Origin: a virus
Length of the DNA: 64,000 nt
Virus record (IMG/VR): IMGVR_UViG_3300049911_000129
Location: 1 to 64,000 of that record
Strand: one strand, 5' to 3'
Positions 1 through 7,528 of the stretch are shown here, in pieces. Both the position numbers and the translations under genes were made by a program. Positions within the stretch are counted from its first letter, which is position 1, and each line of letters begins with the position of its first letter. A model generated the notes under the pieces. It did not search any database. It worked only from the letters and a program-made list of their open reading frames with translations, and was not told the DNA's origin.

Positions 1-3000
1 GCCGCGAAGGCGCTCGAGGCGGCCGGCTTCAAGCGGGCGACGTTCGACCCGGAGAGCATGGGCGGGCAGTACCGGGGAGGCACCTACAGGATATACTCGG
101 GCGGCAAGGGCTCGGACTACTTCCACGCGGACATCGCCAGGAGGGGGGCGGACGAGGCCAGGTTCAGGGAGGCGCTCGAGGGGGCGGGCTTCAGGGCGAG
201 GCCGATGGGGTCGGGCTTCCAGGTGGAGGAGTCCAGGAACAGCAAGGCCGACAAGGCCGAGATCATGGAGAGCCCCGTCTACGTCAAGCCGGGCCAGCCG
301 GTGCCGAAGGGGGTCGAGGTGCAGCACGGGCCGCGCGGGGGGACGTTCTACGACCCGCAGGTGAGCCCGTCGCAGGCCGGGCACCGGGTGCACATCCCGA
401 GGGACCTGCGAGACGTGGTCCTGGGCGAGACGCCCGTCTGCGCCTACTGCGGCACGTCGAGGGGGCCGTTCCACGCCGACCACATAGTGCCGGTGAAGGT
501 CGGGGGCAGGAACGTGAGGATCAACCTCCAGCCGGCCTGCGCGGCGTGCAACGAGGCAAGGGGCGCGAAGGACCCGTCCCGCAAGCTGGAGTGGATAAGG
601 TACGGCCAGAAGCAGATGCGCGACATCATGGGCCAGGTGCTGGCCAGGCCGCGCGTCGCGAACATGGTGAAGAAGGTCTGGGGGGACGAGCTGTGGCTGT
701 CCTCCCCGTCGCCGTACGCTTCGGCCCTGCTGAAGGGCGCGAGGCCTATCCACCTCGGCCCGGGCGACCCGGTCCCGGAGGGCGCGAGGGAAGTGCGCGG
801 CCCGAGGGGGGGCAGGTACTACGTTCCGGCCAGGGGGGATGCTGGGTCCGAACATGATAGCCGGGACACCAACAACGTCAAGGAACCGACGCAAGCGGAC
901 ACCGCCGAGTGGGCGAGGCAGGACGACGAGCGGGTGGCGCAGGTAAGGCGCAGGGCGCAGGAGCTGGACGACCTCGTGCAGCGCGTCTGGGTCGGGGACT
1001 GGACGAGGGGCAGGTTCGCCGAGACGGTCGCCGGGCTGCCGGACGACGAGCTCAGCAGCCTCAAGGGCTACGTGATCCCGAGGGCCATGCAGATGGTCGA
1101 GGGCAGGAAGGCCAAGGCCGCGCTCAGGGGCGCCCTCGAGACGGTCGAGAGCGAGCTCGGGTCCAGGGAGAAGTCGCTCATACACGGCACGCCGATCGGG
1201 AACCTTAAGGCCATCCTAAAGGTTGGGCTGCTAACCGACAAGGGAGCGTCCAACTTCAGCCTCTCGGCCCCGGGGGTGGTCTACCTTAGCCCGGAGACGA
1301 GGGACGGCAGGCAGCTGTCGCTCACCGTCGCCGCCGCGGCCGCCCTGGTGCACGGGGAGGACAGCTTCGCCGTGCTGCGCATCAGGATGCCGCGCAGGGG
1401 GCTCGAGACCGACCCGAAGTCCTTCGCCAGCGGCGGGATGCTCACGAAGCACGACGTGCCGCCGACTGCGGTCGTGGGCTACGAGGTCTACGACGCCAGG
1501 GACCTCAAGCAGATGTACGAGGACGCGGTCGCGGAGAGGGACGCCCTGTGCTCGCAGCACAACGACGACCCGAAGTACTGCGGGGACGGCCCGTGGGTCA
1601 GCCTCTTCGTCAACCGGTTCGACGACTACGTGCAGGAGAGGGGGATGCCCGAGCCGGTCCGCGAGGTCGACCTGACCGGCAGGCGGAAGGCCGCGGCCGG
1701 GGACATCTTCCTGGCCCCCGCGACAGGGGACACGATCAGGACGCTGCTGGGCTGCTTGCGCAACGAGGGCGGCGGAAGCGGCGATCTTGCGCAAGTCGGC
1801 GGGCTACGGAAGCAGGGGTTCACCCATGAGCACGATGGCTGGCCTAGGCACCCGATAGGCGTCAAGTACCACGACAAGTACTTCCAGGAGCACGGCGGGT
1901 GGAAGATCGGCATGCCGTCCGATGAGCCGGATAGCCCGTACGGCGACGAGAGCGCGGAGGACGAGCTCGACCGCAAGGTCGCGGGCTTCATAGAGGAGAT
2001 AGCCGCCGGCAGGTGGGACAAGGGCGCGACCTTCGCCATGGGCGACGACACGCTCAAGGCCCTGTGGCTGCGGCTCGACCTGGACCTCAAGACCGGCCGC
2101 GTCCAGTTCACCCTCGACACCAGGCGCGCGCGGGACCAGCTGAAGGACCAGGTCATGCGCAGGGGTCTGCTCCCGGGCACGCTGTCGGGTGAGTTCTACC
2201 GCGCCAAGAAGGCCGTCACGGACGGCACGGACTGGGCGATGGACAAGCGCGAGGCGCAGAAGGCCAGGCTCGCGGACGACCTCGGCAAGGCGGCGTTCGG
2301 CGGCAAGTCCCAGTTCGACCGCGCGGCGGACGTGGCCATAGCGGAGGCGATCGCCGCCGGGGTGCTGGAGCGGACCGCCCACGCGGGCTACCACCTGTAC
2401 AAGTATGTCAGCTACGCCGCGGTGGAGCCAGACGAGTCGGGCGCACCGTCATCGCCACCACATAGCAGGCCGATTGGCGGCCGGTGGGGGGTCATCCGGT
2501 GGATGATGGACAACAGCGAGGGGAGCGTCGACAAGCAGCGGTGGGTGTTCGAGATGGAGAAGGCGGCGGAGGGCGACAAGACGTACGCCCTGCTCGCCGA
2601 CATGATGCAGCTCAGCAAGACCGGGGCGACCGGGCTGAGGCAGGACCTGAGCGGCCTGTCGTACTGGCTGCACGCTGGCGGCGAGACGGCGATGTCCGAG
2701 ACGCTCGGCGCGGCCGCTGCTGGCATGATAGTGAAGACGTGGGCCAGGTCCGCTTCTGACCACCAGCCGCTCAGCATAGCCGTGCAGAAGGCGGCCGCCG
2801 CGGAGTTCGGCATGGCGACCGACATAGACGAGTGGACGGGGGTCGCCGCGAGGGACGAGGCGAGGGCGTTCCTGAAGGCGCACGGCGACGAGCTGAGGGG
2901 GTTCACCAGGAAGGTCTACGACCACACCCAGAGGTTCCTCAAGAAGCGCGGGGTGGAGGAGCTGACGCTGGCGCGCGGGTGGGGATGGGACCCGCACGAA

Positions 3001-5622
3001 ACGCCCGAGTGGTTCGTCGACATGGTCCGCGAGGTGCGGCACGACGCGTACTGGAACGGGGAGCCGCCCGCCAAGCCCCTGGGCGTCAGGAAGGCCGTAC
3101 AGCTCAACCCGATGTCGTCCTTCTCGACCGAGTACGAGCAGGCGCAGGCGTTCGCCACCGGGAGGAACGGGATCGTGACCATGGCGAGGGTGCCGATCTC
3201 GAGGGTCCTGTCCACGTTCATGACGGGCTTCGGGTGCGCGACCGAGAACGAGGTCATCGTCCTCGGGGGCGAGCTCGACGCGGTCCACCTCGCCGGAAGC
3301 TCGGAGTCGCTCCCCAAGGACCCGGACGACGCTGAGGACGTGCTGGCGGAGGGCGGGCTGAGGATAGGTGACGCGCAGGAGTGGCCGCCGCAGTCGCCGC
3401 TCTTCAACGCCGCTGAGGGCCCGCAGGCGGTCCCGCTGGACGCGGACGCGTACGACTGGCCCAAGCGGACCAGGGACTACGATCTGCATCAGGGCGATGC
3501 GAATGATAGTATCGCGGGGCTCGATAAGCACCTTCCCGGCCGGCACGACCAGGAGGACCACGGGAACGAGCACAGGCTGTCCGACGCGCACCCGGCGCTG
3601 GGCAAGATGACGGTCGGCTACGGGGGCGATAAGAGGGCGGCCACGGCGAAGGACTGGGAGAAGTACGAGGGGGAGGCCAAGACCAGGGTCGAGGAGTGGG
3701 CGGCCGGCGGCAAGTACGACAGGAAGATGGAGCCGGACGAGATCTGCTACGAGGGTTACCGGCTGAGGGCGAGCGCGAGGGGGAGGAGCGACGCCTGGAG
3801 CTGGGCGCTCTGGGAGGCCGTGCAGAGGTTCGCCGCGTCGAGGGGCTTCTCGTACATGGACGAGGTGACGGAGGACGACGTCTTCGCCGACCCGAGGATG
3901 CCGGAGCCCGAGAGCATCATAGACGACGACAAGGTCAGGGAGCGGTGGCAGGTGGCCGCGCACACGGCCGACAGCAGGCTGACGGACTACCGCAACTCCA
4001 ACAGCGCGAAGACGCTGCTCGACTTCATCAGGACGGAGAGCGGGGGGATGTGGCAGAGGCATTGCCAGCGCGACCTCTGGAACCTGGCCCGCGGGGCGGG
4101 GGGAGAGACGGTCCCGGTCGGCAAGAGGGGGTTCGGCGCCGAGAGGCACTTCGAGGAGTACAGGCCGTTCGCGGAGCCGGGCGGGCTCAAGGGCGCCAAG
4201 ACCTGGGAGGAGGCGCTGGACGCGGAGTTCACGGTCTACCGCGGCGTGGTCAAGGGGGACGAGGCGGAGAACGCCAGGCGCAAGCCGGTCGTCTCGTACA
4301 CGACCTCGCCCGAGATAGCCAGGCTCTTCGCCGAGGGATACTACCACAGCTACAACGTGCCGGGTCAGGGCAAGGTCTACCAGAGGACCTGCAGGCTGCG
4401 CGACGTGCTCAGCTACCTCAACCCGGACGGCGAGCTCGAGGTCCTGCTGAAGCCGCCGGGGAGCAAGGCCGAGAAGGCCTACGGCGGGTATTATACGAAT
4501 GGCGGGATCGCGTTCACGCACGAACATGGCGGGTTGCCGCGGCATCCTGCTGTCCTGAAGGACCACGCGGTTCTGGACAAGCGGTCGGGTGGCCGCGGGG
4601 GGAAGGTCTTCCTGGGCCCGGGCGAGAAGGCTCCGGAGGGCGTGGAGGTGCACGAGGGTCCGCGCGGCGGAAGGTGGTACCAGGGCGGCAAGGCCAAGGA
4701 GCCGGAGCCTGAGCCGAAGAGATCCACCACGTCGAGGCGCGTGCTGGAGGGCAAGACCCCGGAGCGGACGGAACTGGAGGGCGAGACGACCTTCGCGCAG
4801 GCCGGGCTGAGGGGAGGCATCTGGGGTTCGCAGACGGCCATCGCCGAGTGCAAGCCGGGCGTGCTTCCACACGTCGACGGGTTGTCAGACACGAGGCTCC
4901 TGCACAAGATGGTCCCGCAGGACGCTATAACCGAGTTCACGGTGTTCAGGGTCTTCGAGGCGCTCAGGCCGGGCTTCTGCCCGCCGGTCATGCTGGACGA
5001 CCTTCCCGAAAAGGACGACGTGGTGGACTCGTACTACTCGGATCGCCCGAAGGGGCACTCCATGAGGTGGGTGGACGAGGCCGGATTCGGCGGGACAGCC
5101 ATGACGTATGCGCAGTACCTGGCGCACCACGAGGGTCATGACGCCATGACCCCGGCGCAGGCCATGGACGCGGGGTTCATGAACACGGTTGACTGGCTGG
5201 TCTCCAACCAGGACAGGCACACCGGCAACATCATAATCGACGGCGACCGGCTCTGGCCGATCGACCACGGCATATGCTCCGTCGAGTCGATACCCTCCGG
5301 CAACTACGGCGTGGACTACTCGTTCAAGAGCCACCTCAAGGGGCCGAAGACGCTGCGCGCGTTCAGGGACTCGGCGCTCGCCGCGCTCAAGCAGATATAC
5401 GACGACGCGGACGAGGTCGCGTGGGTCATGGTGAGCAGGGGCGATACGCAGAAGAGCGAACGGGTGAAGGGTGTGGATCTCCTCCCGAAGAGTGCGGAGG
5501 TGATGGCCAGGTCGCTCAGGGCCGCGACCGGCAGGGCGGCGGAAGACCTGAACAGGTGGTACAGGGACGAGCTTAAGTACAGGAGGGAGATGCGCCAGGA
5601 GCGGGAGGCTAGGCGGCGATGA
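1..5622 (+). CDS. Giant multi-effector (polyvalent) head-region protein, 5'-partial: HNH, three ART-like domains, HipA/PI3-4K-like kinase, 3 copies of the GxRGG motif
   Basis: Frame is open from base 1 (AAKALEAAGF...). Motifs: CAYC..DHIVP..NLQPACAACN (HNH); HGT..NL..IL..GL..VYLS; RG..SSFST..A..FA..ENEVIVL; VYRG..SYTTS..A..FA..ELEVLL; NQDRHTGN..IDHG. Confidence 0.8.
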   Translation, partial: AAKALEAAGFKRATFDPESMGGQYRGGTYRIYSGGKGSDYFHADIARRGADEARFREALEGAGFRARPMGSGFQVEESRNSKADKAEIMESPVYVKPGQPVPKGVEVQHGPRGGTFYDPQVSPSQAGHRVHIPRDLRDVVLGETPVCAYCGTSRGPFHADHIVPVKVGGRNVRINLQPACAACNEARGAKDPSRKLEWIRYGQKQMRDIMGQVLARPRVANMVKKVWGDELWLSSPSPYASALLKGARPIHLGPGDPVPEGAREVRGPRGGRYYVPARGDAGSEHDSRDTNNVKEPTQADTAEWARQDDERVAQVRRRAQELDDLVQRVWVGDWTRGRFAETVAGLPDDELSSLKGYVIPRAMQMVEGRKAKAALRGALETVESELGSREKSLIHGTPIGNLKAILKVGLLTDKGASNFSLSAPGVVYLSPETRDGRQLSLTVAAAAALVHGEDSFAVLRIRMPRRGLETDPKSFASGGMLTKHDVPPTAVVGYEVYDARDLKQMYEDAVAERDALCSQHNDDPKYCGDGPWVSLFVNRFDDYVQERGMPEPVREVDLTGRRKAAAGDIFLAPATGDTIRTLLGCLRNEGGGSGDLAQVGGLRKQGFTHEHDGWPRHPIGVKYHDKYFQEHGGWKIGMPSDEPDSPYGDESAEDELDRKVAGFIEEIAAGRWDKGATFAMGDDTLKALWLRLDLDLKTGRVQFTLDTRRARDQLKDQVMRRGLLPGTLSGEFYRAKKAVTDGTDWAMDKREAQKARLADDLGKAAFGGKSQFDRAADVAIAEAIAAGVLERTAHAGYHLYKYVSYAAVEPDESGAPSSPPHSRPIGGRWGVIRWMMDNSEGSVDKQRWVFEMEKAAEGDKTYALLADMMQLSKTGATGLRQDLSGLSYWLHAGGETAMSETLGAAAAGMIVKTWARSASDHQPLSIAVQKAAAAEFGMATDIDEWTGVAARDEARAFLKAHGDELRGFTRKVYDHTQRFLKKRGVEELTLARGWGWDPHETPEWFVDMVREVRHDAYWNGEPPAKPLGVRKAVQLNPMSSFSTEYEQAQAFATGRNGIVTMARVPISRVLSTFMTGFGCATENEVIVLGGELDAVHLAGSSESLPKDPDDAEDVLAEGGLRIGDAQEWPPQSPLFNAAEGPQAVPLDADAYDWPKRTRDYDLHQGDANDSIAGLDKHLPGRHDQEDHGNEHRLSDAHPALGKMTVGYGGDKRAATAKDWEKYEGEAKTRVEEWAAGGKYDRKMEPDEICYEGYRLRASARGRSDAWSWALWEAVQRFAASRGFSYMDEVTEDDVFADPRMPEPESIIDDDKVRERWQVAAHTADSRLTDYRNSNSAKTLLDFIRTESGGMWQRHCQRDLWNLARGAGGETVPVGKRGFGAERHFEEYRPFAEPGGLKGAKTWEEALDAEFTVYRGVVKGDEAENARRKPVVSYTTSPEIARLFAEGYYHSYNVPGQGKVYQRTCRLRDVLSYLNPDGELEVLLKPPGSKAEKAYGGYYTNGGIAFTHEHGGLPRHPAVLKDHAVLDKRSGGRGGKVFLGPGEKAPEGVEVHEGPRGGRWYQGGKAKEPEPEPKRSTTSRRVLEGKTPERTELEGETTFAQAGLRGGIWGSQTAIAECKPGVLPHVDGLSDTRLLHKMVPQDAITEFTVFRVFEALRPGFCPPVMLDDLPEKDDVVDSYYSDRPKGHSMRWVDEAGFGGTAMTYAQYLAHHEGHDAMTPAQAMDAGFMNTVDWLVSNQDRHTGNIIIDGDRLWPIDHGICSVESIPSGNYGVDYSFKSHLKGPKTLRAFRDSALAALKQIYDDADEVAWVMVSRGDTQKSERVKGVDLLPKSAEVMARSLRAATGRAAEDLNRWYRDELKYRREMRQEREARRR
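274..351 (+). repeat. Protein motif copy 1 (PVYVKPGQPVPKGVEVQHGPRGGTFY)
   Basis: Read from the translation; follows SKADK-A. Confidence 0.85.
733..822 (+). repeat. Protein motif copy 2 (KGARPIHLGPGDPVPEGAREVRGPRGGRYY)
   Basis: Read from the translation; follows LLK. Confidence 0.85.
4579..4680 (+). repeat. Protein motif copy 3 (KRSGGRGGKVFLGPGEKAPEGVEVHEGPRGGRWY)
   Basis: Read from the translation; follows LDK. Confidence 0.9.
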
Positions 5623-6686
5623 GAGCGGTAGTGTATGCCCTGAAGGACGGCCGGCTGGAGCAGGTCGCGGAGGTGTTCGTGGACGGGCAGGTCAAGGGCC
5701 CGTTCGCCGGCGAGATCCGCGCGTGGATAGGGCACCATGGGTTGGACGGCGAGAAGATGCTGAGGGTCCTGGCCAGGCGGTGGACGACCGGCTACACGGC
5801 GGTCGAGCTGCTGGACGGAGACAGCAAGGAGGACAAGAGGTCCGGAGGCCGGGGCGGGAGGACGTACCTCGGGCCGAAGGAGGAGGCCCCTGCGGGAGTC
5901 GAGGTGCACCAGGGGACGAGGGGCGGGCGGTGGTACGAGGGCGGCAAGAAGGATCCGACCAAGGACTGGAAGATCCACCAGGACTACCCCAAGAGGGAGC
6001 CGAACCCGTACGAGGACTACGCGGTGAAGCCGAAGACGCACGAGGAGATCTTCGACCAGAAGTGGCACACCGAGCGGCTGGGCCAGTGGAAGAGCTTGGT
6101 CGAGGGGGTTGTCCTCGGCCTGCCGTTCGAGCACGCGGAGCTGGTGTCGGACGTGACCGTCACGAAGTACGGCAACAACGGGATAAGCGGGACCTTCGAG
6201 TCGGCGCTGGCCGGGGCGTTCGGCGTCCGGGTGCCGCGCGGGAGGATACTGCTGCGGTTCAAGGGCGCCCCGTTCAATGACACATTCCTTATGGAGACGG
6301 TCGCGCACGAGGTCGGGCACGCGGCGTGCAGGCTCGTCTTCTTCAGCGGGACGGACCACGACACGGAGCTCAAGAAGCGGGTCCTCAGGGCCTACCACAC
6401 CGCCTACAGGGCGGCCGGCAACGAGGCGCTGACGGAGATACACCACAGGCGCTACTTCGCCCCGGCCGCGGTAGCCGGCGCGAGGCAGGCCAGGGCCGTG
6501 TCGCCGTACTCGCTCAAGAACCCGGACGAGTTCTTCGCCGAGCACTACGCCTGGTACCGGATGCACCCGACGTCGCTGCAGGCGCTAAACGAGGAGATGT
6601 ACTCCATCATGAAGGGCGTGTACGGCGGGAGGGAGAACTTCGAGGTGCACCCGCAGGGCGGGCTGAAGAGGGGGCGATATGGATAG
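5619..6686 (+). CDS. Zincin metallopeptidase (lethal-factor/MPTase-like) carrying the GxRGG motif
   Basis: HEVGH (HExxH) at 6306-6320 and downstream SPYSLKNPDEFFAE motif. Start overlaps the upstream stop (ATGA). Confidence 0.75.
   Translation: MRAVVYALKDGRLEQVAEVFVDGQVKGPFAGEIRAWIGHHGLDGEKMLRVLARRWTTGYTAVELLDGDSKEDKRSGGRGGRTYLGPKEEAPAGVEVHQGTRGGRWYEGGKKDPTKDWKIHQDYPKREPNPYEDYAVKPKTHEEIFDQKWHTERLGQWKSLVEGVVLGLPFEHAELVSDVTVTKYGNNGISGTFESALAGAFGVRVPRGRILLRFKGAPFNDTFLMETVAHEVGHAACRLVFFSGTDHDTELKKRVLRAYHTAYRAAGNEALTEIHHRRYFAPAAVAGARQARAVSPYSLKNPDEFFAEHYAWYRMHPTSLQALNEEMYSIMKGVYGGRENFEVHPQGGLKRGRYG
5835..5936 (+). repeat. Protein motif copy 4 (KRSGGRGGRTYLGPKEEAPAGVEVHQGTRGGRWY)
   Basis: Read from the translation. 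Confidence 0.9.
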
Positions 6687-7101
6687 GATAGTGGTGAGGT
6701 CGCCGACGGGCAAGGTGGTCGGGGTCGCGAACGCGCGGCGCCTGACGCTGTTCGACAGGGAGCTGAAGGCGCACCTCGAGGAGGTCATGGCCTCCGGGCT
6801 GCCGATCGGCCCTGACGGCGGGCTGGCGAGGCCGTCCGTGTTCGCGCTGCTGGACTACCTCGGGCGGAGCGGCTACGAGGTGGTGTGGCCAAAGGGCAAG
6901 GTCGAGAAGGCGCCGGGGATCTCCGAGGACGGGAGCGAGTCGGCCGACCCGGGGCACGTGGTGGGCGACGGGAGCCCGGAGCTCGAGAAGGACTTCGGCG
7001 GGGCGGGCGCGCCGATGACGGGCGGCATGGTGAGCACCCCGGTCGCGGGCTCGGGCAGGAAGCGTCCGGGATGGTCAAGGGGGTTAAGACGTGGAAGATA
7101 G
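6679..7101 (+). CDS. Hypothetical head-region protein
   Basis: Coupled ORF; contains VEK-A and LEK-D sites like its neighbours. Confidence 0.6.
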   Translation: MDRIVVRSPTGKVVGVANARRLTLFDRELKAHLEEVMASGLPIGPDGGLARPSVFALLDYLGRSGYEVVWPKGKVEKAPGISEDGSESADPGHVVGDGSPELEKDFGGAGAPMTGGMVSTPVAGSGRKRPGWSRGLRRGR

Positions 7102-7288
7102 GATAAAGGCCCTCACGTGCCCGGTGTGCGGATCGACGGACTACACGTCGTTCGGCTGGTCGGTGACGTTCGACGGGATGATGGAGGCGCTGCTGAGGCA
7201 CGCGCGGGAGGAGCACCCGGGTCATGTCCGCGACGTGGGCGGCATCACCTACATCGACAGGATCCCGATGGTGGGGGACTGCGAGTAG
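7091..7288 (+). CDS. Small zinc-finger-like protein
   Basis: CPVC...HAREEH (C2H2-like). Confidence 0.5.
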   Translation: MEDRIKALTCPVCGSTDYTSFGWSVTFDGMMEALLRHAREEHPGHVRDVGGITYIDRIPMVGDCE

Positions 7289-7330
7289 GGGCTTCCAGCT
7301 AATGCGCCCGCGCGCAATAATGGAGACAGC

Positions 7331-7528
7331 ATGACGAGCAAGACCCATACGCGGAAGGTGAACAGGAAGTGCCCCAGGTGCGGGGAGGCCGTATGGACCG
7401 ACGACGGACCGTGCGGGGATGGGCTCTACTACTGCTACGAGTGCATATTGGGGGACCACTGCGGCTGCGAGCGACACGGGCCGCGCAGGCTCCTGAGGAG
7501 GCTCTGGGATGCCATTCGCAGGGTATAA
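7331..7528 (+). CDS. Small Cys-rich protein
   Basis: CPRC, CYEC and HCGC motifs; GGAG RBS upstream. Confidence 0.55.
   Translation: MTSKTHTRKVNRKCPRCGEAVWTDDGPCGDGLYYCYECILGDHCGCERHGPRRLLRRLWDAIRRV

Noticed and set aside
58-60. ATG at 58 as the true start of the first ORF
   Set aside because: The frame is open and coding-like from base 1 and there is no clear RBS. The gene probably starts upstream, so any portal/MuF fusion cannot be assessed.
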